From Planctomycetota bacterium (GTDB lineage: Bacteria; Planctomycetota; Phycisphaerae; Phycisphaerales; SM1A02): 64,000 bases of DNA. The stretch lies in assembly GCA_016873115.1 (NCBI GenBank), contig VGYB01000001.1, positions 151,528-215,527 of the forward strand, written 5' to 3'. The position numbers were made by a program, and so were the translations under genes. The notes beneath the pieces are model-generated. The model was not told the DNA's origin. It searched no databases and saw only the letters and a program-made list of their open reading frames with translations. Positions 18,658 to 29,572 of the stretch are shown here, one piece after another (position 1 is the first letter of the stretch; each line of letters starts with the position of its first letter).

Positions 18658-19528
18658 CGGGATCCACCTGCCCTGTCGAGCGTGCCGTCACGACCTGAAG
18701 GGCGTTGCTGCCTGGGAACGATGCCCCGAGTGCGGCACGCCAATCATGACCACGCTGGTCGAGTGCACGGATGCGGGTGTGCGCGGGTTGCTGCGACTGC
18801 GCCATCCATGGTCCGTGGCGATCGGCCTTGCACTCTGCTGCGTGGCACTCACGCTCTGGTGGACCTGCCTCAGCGGTCCTGCGGGAGCCGCGCGCGCACT
18901 GACCTTCGTCGCCGAGGGTGCGCCGCAGACGCCGCGCATGGCCACGCTCATGGCCTCGATCGGTGGATTCGCGGCATTGCTGCTGTCGTGCATCGGGGCT
19001 TGGCTCATGTCGCCGCGGGGCGACGATGTCCTGGCTCACGAGTACGGCAGGCTTGTGCCTCGTGCGCTCTGGTGCCTTCCGGTGTGGCTGGCCATCGATG
19101 GAGTGCGCATCACCGGCGAGCTCTCGATCTTCACACCGCCTCTGGTCGGCCGTGGCTGGTCCATCGCCTGCCTGGCAGCCGAGACCGGGCTGGCGTGCAT
19201 GGTCGCCCTGGGTTTGCGGCACGCGTTTGTGGTGCTTGGACGCCGCAGCCGGACCTACCGGGAAGCGCACTTGGCCCGGCAGGACCTGGATCTGCTGGGC
19301 CTGGCGGGGCTGATTCTCCTTGCCCTGGCCACAGCCGAGGCTGTCTTCATCCAACGCCAACACTTCGACTGGGTGGAGATGGTGCGCGTCATGATGCTGG
19401 TGGTCGGTGGACTCCTGAGCTTGGGCATGCTCTATCTGGCCGCCAACTCGGTCTGGGTCGCCCGCAGCCTGATGGCGATCCAGTTGCCGTTGCACGAGGT
19501 CCTGACCGAGGATCCGCGTCCTGAGTGA
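18644..19528 (+). CDS. Hypothetical polytopic membrane protein with an N-terminal C4 zinc-ribbon
   Basis: The N-terminus has CRACRHDL...CPECGTPI, followed by about 6 hydrophobic segments. It is divergent from moxR, and the annotated starts overlap by 14 nt, so one of the starts may lie further in. Confidence 0.5.
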   Translation: MSVRIGIHLPCRACRHDLKGVAAWERCPECGTPIMTTLVECTDAGVRGLLRLRHPWSVAIGLALCCVALTLWWTCLSGPAGAARALTFVAEGAPQTPRMATLMASIGGFAALLLSCIGAWLMSPRGDDVLAHEYGRLVPRALWCLPVWLAIDGVRITGELSIFTPPLVGRGWSIACLAAETGLACMVALGLRHAFVVLGRRSRTYREAHLARQDLDLLGLAGLILLALATAEAVFIQRQHFDWVEMVRVMMLVVGGLLSLGMLYLAANSVWVARSLMAIQLPLHEVLTEDPRPE

Positions 19529-19650
19529 TCGCTGCCGACTTGGCAGCAGTTCGAACGCTGGGGGGCGCTGCTGTCTGTATCCAATAATACTGGAGTTCTG
19601 AATCCCTCCAAGTGGGCCTTGCCCATCCCGCGACCTCGAATTCGTGCCAG

Positions 19651-19667
19651 TTGGCACGCAGATTGCT
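19651..19667 (+). promoter_or_regulatory. Sigma-54-type -24/-12 promoter element upstream of groEL1
   Basis: TTGGCACGCAGATTGCT fits YTGGCACG-N4-TTGCW exactly (GG at 19653-54, GC at 19665-66). It lies 60 nt upstream of the groEL1 ATG. A GGAGA ribosome-binding site is at 19713-19717. Confidence 0.45.
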
Positions 19668-19723
19668 CAGCCACGCGGTCGCGGGCGAGCCCGCGCACCG
19701 ACCACCCAACTGGAGAATCCTGA

Positions 19724-21379
<1,656 letters not shown>

Positions 21380-21444
21380 GCCCACATCCCGTCACCGACC
21401 ATCGCCAGAACACCTCACGACACCACCGCAAGGAGCACACCATC

Positions 21445-21738
21445 ATGTCCACCGTCCGTCCGCTCGAAGATCGACTCGTCGTCAAGCCCCTCGATGCCGA
21501 AACCAAGACCGCCAGCGGCCTCTTCCTTCCTGAAAGCGCCAAGGAGCGCCCCATGCAAGGCAAGGTCGTCTCGATCGGACCGGGCAAGCTGCTCGACTCC
21601 GGCGAGCGCATGCAGCCCGGCGTCAAGAAGGGCGACACCGTCCTCTTCAGCAAGTACGCCGGTACCGAGGTCGAGATCAAGAACGTCAAGCACCTGATCA
21701 TCCGCGAGAGCGAACTGCTCGGCGTGATCGAAGCCTGA
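21445..21738 (+). CDS. groES: Co-chaperonin GroES
   Basis: The sequence reads [44 protein letters not shown]...[14 protein letters not shown]. Confidence 0.95.
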   Translation: MSTVRPLEDRLVVKPLDAETKTASGLFLPESAKERPMQGKVVSIGPGKLLDSGERMQPGVKKGDTVLFSKYAGTEVEIKNVKHLIIRESELLGVIEA

Positions 21739-21766
21739 ACCAGCCGCAACCCAAAGGAATCCAGAC

Positions 21767-23380
21767 ATGGCACAGAAGCAGATGAAGTTCTCCTCCGCCG
21801 CCCACGCCGAGCTCAAGCTGGGCGTCGATGCGATCGCCCAGGCCGTCGCCGTCACCATGGGCCCCACCGGCCGCAATGTGGTCATCCAGAAGTCCTTCGG
21901 CAACCCGCATGTCACCAAGGACGGCGTGAGCGTGGCCAAGGAAGTCGACCTCCCCGGTCCCTTCCAGAACATGGGGGCCAAGCTCGTGCAGCAGGTTGCC
22001 AAGAAGACCGCCGATGTCGCTGGTGATGGCACCACCGCAGCCACCGTGCTGACGGCCGCGATCTTCAACGGCGGCCTCAAGTTCATCGCCAGCGGGGCCA
22101 ACGCCGTGGCCGTGCAGCGCGGCATCAATGCCGCCGCCCGCGCCGCCGCGGATGCGATCACCGGCTCCGCCCAGAAGGTGCGCGGCAAGGCCGACCTGCA
22201 GAAGGTCGCCACCGTGAGCGCCAACCATGACACCGAGATCGGCGACCTGATCGCCGAGGCGATCGACAAGGTCGGCGCCGAGGGCGTGGTCGAGGTCGAA
22301 GAAGGCAAGTCCGCCAGCACGACGCTCGACTACGTCGAGGGCATGGCATTCGACAAGGGCTATCTCTCGCCCTACTTCATGACCGACCCGAAGAAGGCTG
22401 AGTGCGTGCTCGAGAACGCCCATGTGCTGGTCTACGAGAAGAAGATCTCGAACCTGCCTGACCTCCTGCCGCTGCTCAACAAGATCGCGACCGATGGCAA
22501 GCCGCTCTTGATCATTGCCGAGGAAGTCGAGAACGAGGCCCTGGCGGCGCTCGTCGTGAACCGCCTGCGTGGCGTGCTCCAGGTCTGTGCGGTCAAGGCC
22601 CCGGGCTTCGGCGACCGTCGCAAGGCCATGCTCGGTGACATCGCCGTGCTGACCGGCGGCCACTTCATCAGCGAGGACCTCGGCCGCAACCTGGCGGACA
22701 TCACGCTGGACGAACTCGGCAAGGCGCGTCGCATCGTGGTGACCAAGGACGACACCACCGTCGTCGAGGGCGCCGGCAAGAAGAAGGAGCTCGAGGCCCG
22801 CGTGGCGCAGATCGATGCGCTCCTCGAGGCGAGCACGAGCGACTACGACCGCGAAAAGCTCCAGGAACGCAAGGCCAAGCTCACCGGCGGCGTGGCCATC
22901 ATCTCCGTGGGCGCTCCCACGGAGATCGCCATGAAGGAGAAGAAGGACCGCGTCGACGACGCGCTGCACGCAACCCGTGCGGCCGCGAAGGAGGGCTATG
23001 TGCCCGGTGGCGGCGTGGCGTTCCTGCGCGCGATCACCGCCGTGAAGGCAGCCCGCAAGAAGGCCGATGGTGACGAGGCCTTCGGCTTCGACATCGTGGC
23101 CGATGCACTCCGCGCGCCGACCTGGCAGATCGCAACCAACGCCGGCCAGGACGGCGATGTCACCATCGAGAAGGTGCTCACCGGCCAGGGTGGCTACGGC
23201 TACAACGCCGGCACGGGCGAGTTCACCGACCTCGTCAAGAACGGCATCATCGACCCGTCGCTGGTCGCAACCACCGCCCTGCTCAATGCAGCCAGCGTGG
23301 CCGGCCTCATGCTGACGACCGATGTGCTCATCACGGAGCTCAAGGACGACGCCACCCCGGTCGAAGGCGGCGTCAACTGA
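21767..23380 (+). CDS. groEL: Chaperonin GroEL, copy 2
   Basis: The sequence reads [20 protein letters not shown]...[33 protein letters not shown]...[12 protein letters not shown]. The protein ends ...TPVEGGVN, with no GGM repeat. Confidence 0.97.
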   Translation: MAQKQMKFSSAAHAELKLGVDAIAQAVAVTMGPTGRNVVIQKSFGNPHVTKDGVSVAKEVDLPGPFQNMGAKLVQQVAKKTADVAGDGTTAATVLTAAIFNGGLKFIASGANAVAVQRGINAAARAAADAITGSAQKVRGKADLQKVATVSANHDTEIGDLIAEAIDKVGAEGVVEVEEGKSASTTLDYVEGMAFDKGYLSPYFMTDPKKAECVLENAHVLVYEKKISNLPDLLPLLNKIATDGKPLLIIAEEVENEALAALVVNRLRGVLQVCAVKAPGFGDRRKAMLGDIAVLTGGHFISEDLGRNLADITLDELGKARRIVVTKDDTTVVEGAGKKKELEARVAQIDALLEASTSDYDREKLQERKAKLTGGVAIISVGAPTEIAMKEKKDRVDDALHATRAAAKEGYVPGGGVAFLRAITAVKAARKKADGDEAFGFDIVADALRAPTWQIATNAGQDGDVTIEKVLTGQGGYGYNAGTGEFTDLVKNGIIDPSLVATTALLNAASVAGLMLTTDVLITELKDDATPVEGGVN

Positions 23381-23394
23381 TGACGTGCGCCTCT

Positions 23395-23433
23395 CGGGGG
23401 GACCGGGCCTGCGAGGCCCCGGCCCCCCGTTTC
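23395..23433 (+). terminator. Probable intrinsic terminator after groEL2
   Basis: A GC-rich imperfect hairpin has the arms CGGGGGGACCGGGCC and GGCCCCGGCCCCCCG around the loop TGCGA. It is followed by TTTCAGTT and starts 15 nt after the stop. The T-tract is short. Confidence 0.45.
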
Positions 23434-23475
23434 AGTTCCATCGCCGCCACGCTTGGCGGCTGAAGCGGAGCCACC

Positions 23476-24609
23476 ATGGCCGTCGAACGCTGCTACTACC
23501 AGGTCCTCGGCGTCGAGCGCACCGCCAACGGCGATGAGATCAAGCGCTCGTACCGTCGGCTCGCCATGAAGTGGCACCCCGATCGGAATCCAGGCGATGC
23601 CCAGGCCGAGGTCGAGTTCAAGGCTTGCGCCGAGGCCTACGAGGTCCTCGGCGATCCCGAGCGACGCGCGCGCTACGACCAGCACGGCCATGCAGGCCTC
23701 CGTGGGACACCGGGCCATGACTTCAACCGGATGCGTCCGGACGACATCATGGACATGTTCGCCGAGCTCTTCGGCGGCGGAAGGCAACGAGCGCGTCGTG
23801 GCCCTGCGCGTGGATATGACCTTGAAGAGCAGGTCGAGATCGAACTGGCCGATGTCCTGAAGGGCAAGGAGGTTGAGGTCGCCTTCTCGCGGCTCGACAT
23901 CTGCGCCACCTGCGGCGGCAGCGGCGCAAAGCCGGGCACGAAACCCAAGCAGTGCGCCCACTGCGGCGGCCGGGGACAGGTCGAACAGATCGGCCTCGGT
24001 GGGCTCTTCCGCATGGTCAACACCTGCCCCGCGTGCCGCGGCCGCGGCACGGTCATCACCGATCGCTGCGAAGACTGCCGTGGCTCGGGCCGGGTGAGCA
24101 AGCGACGCAGCCTTCGCGTGAAGATCCCTGCAGGCATCGACGATGGCCAGCTCATTCGCGTCTCCGGCGAGGGTGAACCCCCGCCGCCGGAAGCGAGCCC
24201 GATGGGACAGGGCGAACGCGGCGATCTTCATGTTGTCGTTCGGATCAACGAGCACGCATCGTTCACGCGGCACGCCAACGAGATCATCATGGCGCGTGAG
24301 ATTTCGCCCGCCCAGGCAGCACTCGGTGCGACGCTCACGATCGAATCGCTCGATGGCCCCGTCGAGGTCGAGGTGCCGGCAGGAACGCAGCACGGTGAAC
24401 TCGTACGCGTTCCCGATCGCGGCCTGCCGTCGCTTCGCTCGTCGCGGCGCGGCGACCTGGTGGTCGGCTTCACCATTCGCGTGCCGGAGCAGCTCACGGC
24501 CCGACAGCGCGAGCTGTACACCGAACTGGCCTCGATCGAGGGCGATCCCGTGCACGAGGGCTCGCGCAGCGTCTGGGACAAGATCAAGGACACCTTCACG
24601 GGATCATGA
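23476..24609 (+). CDS. dnaJ: Molecular chaperone DnaJ
   Basis: The J domain reads YYQVLGVERTANGDEIKRSYRRLAMKWHPDRNPGD. Four CxxCxGxG zinc-finger repeats are present (CATCGGSG, CAHCGGRG, CPACRGRG, CEDCRGSG). Confidence 0.95.
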   Translation: MAVERCYYQVLGVERTANGDEIKRSYRRLAMKWHPDRNPGDAQAEVEFKACAEAYEVLGDPERRARYDQHGHAGLRGTPGHDFNRMRPDDIMDMFAELFGGGRQRARRGPARGYDLEEQVEIELADVLKGKEVEVAFSRLDICATCGGSGAKPGTKPKQCAHCGGRGQVEQIGLGGLFRMVNTCPACRGRGTVITDRCEDCRGSGRVSKRRSLRVKIPAGIDDGQLIRVSGEGEPPPPEASPMGQGERGDLHVVVRINEHASFTRHANEIIMAREISPAQAALGATLTIESLDGPVEVEVPAGTQHGELVRVPDRGLPSLRSSRRGDLVVGFTIRVPEQLTARQRELYTELASIEGDPVHEGSRSVWDKIKDTFTGS

Positions 24610-25130
24610 GCATGGACACGACTGAACCCAAGCCCGACGCCACGCCCGACGCCACGCCCGACGAGCCGGTTGCACCGACCATCGAGTCGCTTCAGGATGA
24701 ACTCGTGCGCAAGCACGACGCCTACCTGCGTGCACTGGCCGAGTCGCAGAACATCCAGCGAAGATCGATCGAGAACGAGTCCCGCGCACGCCACTCCGGC
24801 ATCGTGCAGGTCGCCAATTCCCTCGTGCCGGTGCTCGAGCACATGGACTTGGCGCTCGCGCAGGACCTGGCCACGATGGAACCGGCCAAGCTCGCTGCCG
24901 CCGTGATGATGCTGCGCGCCGAACTGCTCAAGGCGATCGAGAAGCATGGCATCGTCCGCATCGATCCTGCACGCGGCGATGCCTTCGACCCCAATTGCCA
25001 TCAGGCGGTCATGCAGCAGCCCGCCGATGGAGTCGCACCGGGCTGCGTCGTGCAATGCTTCCAGTCGGGCTATCGCCTCGGCGACCACATCCTGCGCAGC
25101 GCGAAGGTCGTGGTCAGCCCCTCGGAGTGA
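24606..25130 (+). CDS. grpE: Nucleotide exchange factor GrpE
   Basis: The sequence reads YLRALAESQNIQRRSIEN...LLKAIEKHGIVRIDPARGDAFDPNCHQAVMQQP...VVQCFQSGYRLGDHILRSAKVVVS. It is 4-nt coupled to dnaJ. Confidence 0.9.
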   Translation: MSMDTTEPKPDATPDATPDEPVAPTIESLQDELVRKHDAYLRALAESQNIQRRSIENESRARHSGIVQVANSLVPVLEHMDLALAQDLATMEPAKLAAAVMMLRAELLKAIEKHGIVRIDPARGDAFDPNCHQAVMQQPADGVAPGCVVQCFQSGYRLGDHILRSAKVVVSPSE

Positions 25131-25133
25131 CGC

Positions 25134-25769
25134 ATGCCGACTTACGAGTATGTCTGCAGTGCCTGCGGGCATGAATTCGAGGCGTTCCAGTCGATCACGG
25201 CCGATCCCATCCGCCTGTGCCCACGGTGCGGCAAGCGGAAGGTCGCACGCAAGATCGGGATCGGCGGCGCGGTGATCTTCCGTGGCGGCGGCTTCTACGA
25301 AACCGACTACCGCAGTGCCGATTACGAGCAGGCGAAGAAGGCTGACGGGGTGCCCGCAGCCGCTGCGACGACTGGCGCGGCGGCCAGCAAGGATGCCACC
25401 GCCGGCAACGGCGCCGTTGATGCAGCCGGGACCAAGGACTCGCCTGCCGGAGCCAAGGCCGCGCCCACCTCCGGATCAACCGAGGCCACTCAGCGCACCA
25501 AGCCCGACGCGAGCGAACGCACGAGCGGCGAATCAACGGTTCCCTCCGAAGCTCGCGACGCATCGGAGCGCAAGGGTGCCTCGAGTCGTGGCAAGAATCA
25601 TGCGCGCGAGGGCCGCGGCGTCGGCAATGTGCTGCAGCTCGGTCGCACGAACGCCACGAAGTCGTCGGCAACGAAGTCGTCGACAACGATGTCGTCGGCA
25701 ACGAAGTCTTCTCCCCCGTCCAAGCCTGCGCGCCCCTCCACGGGCAAGCGCAAGAGCAAGGGCCGCTGA
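25134..25769 (+). CDS. FmdB-family zinc-ribbon protein with a long low-complexity tail
   Basis: The N-terminus is MPTYEYVCSACGHEFEAFQSITADPIRLCPRCG...GGGFYETDY, followed by about 150 aa of A/S/T/K/G-rich sequence. It starts 4 nt after the grpE stop. Confidence 0.75.
   Translation: MPTYEYVCSACGHEFEAFQSITADPIRLCPRCGKRKVARKIGIGGAVIFRGGGFYETDYRSADYEQAKKADGVPAAAATTGAAASKDATAGNGAVDAAGTKDSPAGAKAAPTSGSTEATQRTKPDASERTSGESTVPSEARDASERKGASSRGKNHAREGRGVGNVLQLGRTNATKSSATKSSTTMSSATKSSPPSKPARPSTGKRKSKGR
25656..25712 (+). repeat. In-frame 15-bp tandem repeat (about 3.8 copies)
   Basis: The units are ACGAAGTCGTCGGCA / ACGAAGTCGTCGACA / ACGATGTCGTCGGCA / ACGAAGTCTTCT. They encode TKSSA TKSST TMSSA TKSS inside the FmdB-like tail. 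Confidence 0.8.
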
Positions 25770-25811
25770 GCATCGGCCGGCCCTCGATCCTGCTTCAGGT
25801 AGCCTCACTCC

Positions 25812-28205
25812 ATGGCCTTCAATTGGCGCGCGCGCATCCTTGAACACCTGGCGCACGCCGCCTATCGACCCACTCGGCTCCGCGAACTCGAGCGCATGAT
25901 CCGCGTGCCCGATGCGGAGTCGACCTCGTTCCGCGAGTCCATGCTCGGTCTGCAGGAAGAGGGCGCCATCGAGATCGCCGGTGATGACACCGTCCGCCTG
26001 CCTCGCATGGGCGACGAGATCACTGGACGGATCCGCATCACCATGCGCGGCGATGGCTTCGTCACGCCCGAGCGCCCCACCCGCGAGGGTGACCTCTTCG
26101 TGCCCGGCGGCGCCACCATGGATGCCATCAGCGGCGACCGGGTGCGCGCGCGCGTCTCACGCAAGACCGATCACTACGACCGCCCATCGCAGTCCGATCG
26201 TCCAAGCGGACGCGTGGTCGAAGTCCTCGAGCGCGCGCAGACGCGCTTCGCCGGCACGCTTGAGAAAGATGGGCGCCAGTGGATCGTGCGGCCCGATGGC
26301 CGCAAGCTCGATGGCCCCGTGATCGTGCGTGATGCCGAAAGCAAGGGCGGCAAGCCCGGCGTGAAGGTCGTCTTCGACCTGATCCGCTTCCCCACCGAGC
26401 ACCGCTGGGCCGAGGGTGCGATCGTCGAGGTGCTCGGCGAGGCGGGGCAGCCCGATGCCGAGACGCGCAGCGTCATCATGTCGTACGGCCTGCGCGAGGC
26501 GTTCCCCGATGAGGTGAGCGAGCAGGCGGCGCGTCTTGCGCGCGAGTTCGCCACCGAGCAGGAAGCAGGCTCATGGCCTGATCGGCTCGACCTCACGAAC
26601 GAGCTGACCTTCACGATCGACCCGCCCGATGCACGCGACTATGACGATGCGATCTCGATCGCCTGGGACGAGGAGCGGCACGAGTGGACCCTCGGCGTGC
26701 ACATCGCCGATGTCGCGCACTTCGTGCATGCAGGATCGCCCCTTGACAAGGAAGCAGCCGCACGCGGCAACAGCACCTACCTTCCCCGGCGGGTGCTGCC
26801 CATGCTGCCGGAAGCGCTCTCCAACGGCGTCTGCTCGTTGCAGGAAGGCGTGGCCCGGCTCACGCGCAGTGCCATCGTGAACCTGGACACCAAGGGGCGC
26901 ATCACGGGAACGCGTCTTGCCGCCAGCGTGATCCGCAGCCGCAAGCGCATGACCTACCTCGAGGCGCAGGCGGTGATCGACGGCGACCTCGACGAAGCAG
27001 CGCGCCATGCGAAGACCGAGCCCGTGTGGCCGCCCGAACTCATCGAAGCGCTCAAGCAATGCGACCGCCTGGCGAAGGTGCTGCGCAAGCGCCGGCTCGA
27101 CGCCGGCATGGTCACGCTCAGCCTTCCGGAGAGCGAGCTCGTCTTTGACGCGGACGGTCGCGTGGCCGATGTCATTCCCGAGGACGGAGCGTTCACGCAC
27201 ACGCTGATCGAGATGTTCATGGTCGAGGCGAACGAGGCGCTCGCGCGAACCTTCGCCGACATCACGGTGCCGCTCATCCGCCGCGTGCACCCCGAGCCGG
27301 CGACGACGGAGTTCACGGCGCTGAGGCTTGCTGCCCGCACGGTGGGTCGCCGCCTGCCGGATGAGCCGACGCGGCACGACCTGCAATCGATCCTCGACCA
27401 GACCCGCGGCACACCCGCCGAGCGCAGCGTGCACTACGCCGTGCTGCGCAGCATGAGCAAGGCGATCTACAGCCCGGCGATGATCGGGCACTTTGCCCTG
27501 GCCAGCGAGCACTACACCCACTTCACGAGCCCGATCCGGCGCTACCCGGACCTGCTCGTCCACCGCGCGATGGATGCCTACCTCGCCGAGACCGACAACG
27601 GTGCGCATCCACCCGGCGGCCGTGGCAAGCGCGATCTCGCGGCGCGGCTCATGGGCGACCCGGGTGTCCTTGCCGAGGAAAAGCTCATCGAGTTCGGTCA
27701 GCACTGCAGCTCGACCGAGGTGCAGTCCGAGGGCGCCGAGCGTGACTTGCGCACCTTCCTGGTGCTGCAGTTCCTCGAACAGCACCACATGGGCGACGAA
27801 CTGCCGGCAGCCGTGACTGGACTGTCACCGGGCGGCAACGGCCTCTTCATCACGCTCGAGAAGTACTTCGTCGACGGCTTCGCCAAGAGTGCCGAGCTCT
27901 CGGCCAACAGCGGCCGCACCGAGCGTTGGGAGATCGACGAATCGAGCGGGCGCCTGCGTTCGCAACGATCTGGCGCGCACATTGGCGTGGGCGACCGCGT
28001 GACCGTGCGCATCATGTCGATCGACACGGCCGCGCGGCGCATGGAGCTCATGGTCACGAGCACGCTGCAGAGCGCTGCAAGCGCCATGCCGAGCATGCGC
28101 GGCGATGGCTTCCGTGACTTCACGAGCGGTCGCGGCGGCAAGAAGAAGGTCAAGGGCCACAAGAAGGGCTTCAAGCAAGGCCGCCGGGGCAAGAAGAGTT
28201 GGTGA
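25812..28205 (+). CDS. rnr: Ribonuclease R
   Basis: The RNB domain reads FTIDPPDARDYDDAISI...YLPRRVLPMLPEALSNGVCSLQ...HFALASEHYTHFTSPIRRYPDLLVHR. There is a C-terminal S1-like region and a basic tail, GRGGKKKVKGHKKGFKQGRRGKKSW. Confidence 0.95.
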   Translation: MAFNWRARILEHLAHAAYRPTRLRELERMIRVPDAESTSFRESMLGLQEEGAIEIAGDDTVRLPRMGDEITGRIRITMRGDGFVTPERPTREGDLFVPGGATMDAISGDRVRARVSRKTDHYDRPSQSDRPSGRVVEVLERAQTRFAGTLEKDGRQWIVRPDGRKLDGPVIVRDAESKGGKPGVKVVFDLIRFPTEHRWAEGAIVEVLGEAGQPDAETRSVIMSYGLREAFPDEVSEQAARLAREFATEQEAGSWPDRLDLTNELTFTIDPPDARDYDDAISIAWDEERHEWTLGVHIADVAHFVHAGSPLDKEAAARGNSTYLPRRVLPMLPEALSNGVCSLQEGVARLTRSAIVNLDTKGRITGTRLAASVIRSRKRMTYLEAQAVIDGDLDEAARHAKTEPVWPPELIEALKQCDRLAKVLRKRRLDAGMVTLSLPESELVFDADGRVADVIPEDGAFTHTLIEMFMVEANEALARTFADITVPLIRRVHPEPATTEFTALRLAARTVGRRLPDEPTRHDLQSILDQTRGTPAERSVHYAVLRSMSKAIYSPAMIGHFALASEHYTHFTSPIRRYPDLLVHRAMDAYLAETDNGAHPPGGRGKRDLAARLMGDPGVLAEEKLIEFGQHCSSTEVQSEGAERDLRTFLVLQFLEQHHMGDELPAAVTGLSPGGNGLFITLEKYFVDGFAKSAELSANSGRTERWEIDESSGRLRSQRSGAHIGVGDRVTVRIMSIDTAARRMELMVTSTLQSAASAMPSMRGDGFRDFTSGRGGKKKVKGHKKGFKQGRRGKKSW

Positions 28206-28309
28206 GCCGGCGGGTGGCGCGCGGTGGGTGCTCTTCAGGGCCCTCGAATGCACCACACGCCCTCGGACCGGACTTCGGGAGTGGATCTGCCCGGCACCGC
28301 CGGTACCGT

Positions 28310-28789
28310 ATGGGCATGCGATCCCGGATCTCGTTCGCCCTGCTCGTTGCGCTGCTTCTGCTTCTCCCGTGCACCCAGCCCCTTGCTGGTGCCCCCATGA
28401 TGTCGACCATCCACTTCCGAAAGGGCGCCGGGTCAGCCGAAACGCTCTTCAATCTCTCGTCCACGCGCTTCTATGACGGTGCCGGAAGCAGCAAGACGCT
28501 GCTCACCATCAGTGGCGACCGCGTCTACGAAGGCGCAGGAACGGCGAAGACCCTGCTCACCGTGCGCGATGGCCGTGTGTATGAAGGGGCCAGCACGGCC
28601 AAGACGCTCTACACCATCAAGGACGGTCGCGTGTACGAGGGCGCGGGCACCGCGAAGACGCTCTATACGAGCCGCGATCGCCGGCTCTACGAAGGAGCGG
28701 GGACTGCGAAGACACTCATGAACTGGGACGGTGGACTGAGCGAGGTTGAGTTCGCTGCAGCGGTCTGGCTTTGGACGCACCGATTCTGA
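28310..28789 (+). CDS. Secreted hypothetical protein built from six 18-residue tandem repeats
   Basis: The signal peptide is MGMRSRISFALLVALLLLLPCTQPLAGA. The repeats follow: STIHFRKGAGSAETLFNL / SSTRFYDGAGSSKTLLTI / SGDRVYEGAGTAKTLLTV / RDGRVYEGASTAKTLYTI / KDGRVYEGAGTAKTLYTS / RDRRLYEGAGTAKTLMNW. The protein ends in a Trp-rich tail. The track ORF starts earlier, at 28199. Confidence 0.65.
   Translation: MGMRSRISFALLVALLLLLPCTQPLAGAPMMSTIHFRKGAGSAETLFNLSSTRFYDGAGSSKTLLTISGDRVYEGAGTAKTLLTVRDGRVYEGASTAKTLYTIKDGRVYEGAGTAKTLYTSRDRRLYEGAGTAKTLMNWDGGLSEVEFAAAVWLWTHRF
28400..28723 (+). repeat. 54-bp coding tandem repeat, six units
   Basis: This is the DNA that encodes the six 18-aa units listed for CDS 28310..28789. 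The central three units are nearly identical at the protein level. Confidence 0.7.
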
Positions 28790-28858
28790 GCGCGGACTGC
28801 GTGAGGCCGAGTCGCCGCCTGGCGCTGGACCCGCCGATTCCCGGGAGCCGCTGATCGA

Positions 28859-29572
28859 TCACGCAAAGCACTCGCGCCAGAAGTCGCGCGCCCGCTCGCG
28901 TGAGCGTTGGTCGGCACGCCGCTGGTAGACCGTGCCGAATGCCGCGTTGTTGGCCTCCGGATTCGTGAAGGCGTGGACCGTGCCGCCATACGCGCAGACT
29001 TCCCAGTCGGCCTTGCGTGCCGTCATCTCGGCAGCGAATGCCACGAGTTGGTCGGGTGTGGCCATCGGGTCGTCGTATCCGTGGAGCGCGAGGACCTTGG
29101 CCGTGATGGGCGCGCTCGGCGCAGCTGGCGGCGGCGTGAAGAGCGCGTGGAACGCGGCGACGCCGCGCAGGCCCGCAGCAGCGTGCCGAGCGGCATCGAG
29201 GACGCACAACCCTCCGAAGCAGAATCCCATGGCCCCCATTCGCGTGGCGTCGACGCCATCGATCGCGCGAGCCGCCGCGAACGCCGCGTCGAGTCGTCGC
29301 TTCAGCAAGGCGCGATCCTGCATGAATGGCGTCATGAGCGCGGAGCACTCCTCGTTGGTCATCCCGAGCTTGCCGGTGCCATACATGTCGACCGCGAAGC
29401 CGATGAAGCCCATGCCTGCAAGCTTGCGCGCCTCATCGCGCACGAACTCGTCATGGCCGCGCCACGCGTGAAAGACCAGGACGACGGGCAACCTGGTGCC
29501 GACATCTGGAGCCGCCATGAAGCCTCGGAGTTCGGTGCTGCCGTCGTGGTAGGTGATCTCGCGCGTGTGCAT
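28859..29572 (-). CDS. Dienelactone hydrolase family protein
   Basis: The sequence reads LPVVLVFHAWRGHDEFVRDEARKLAGMGFIGFAVDMYG. The nucleophile motif is GAMGFCFGG. The C-terminus includes H in GGTVHAF. Confidence 0.85.
   Translation of the reverse strand: MHTREITYHDGSTELRGFMAAPDVGTRLPVVLVFHAWRGHDEFVRDEARKLAGMGFIGFAVDMYGTGKLGMTNEECSALMTPFMQDRALLKRRLDAAFAAARAIDGVDATRMGAMGFCFGGLCVLDAARHAAAGLRGVAAFHALFTPPPAAPSAPITAKVLALHGYDDPMATPDQLVAFAAEMTARKADWEVCAYGGTVHAFTNPEANNAAFGTVYQRRADQRSRERARDFWRECFA

Noticed and set aside
28400-28723. The periodic DNA repeats (also 25656-25712 and 24640-24670) as CRISPR-like or intergenic repeat arrays
   Set aside because: All of them are in-frame coding repeats inside convincing ORFs, with no spacer-like unique segments and no cas genes nearby.
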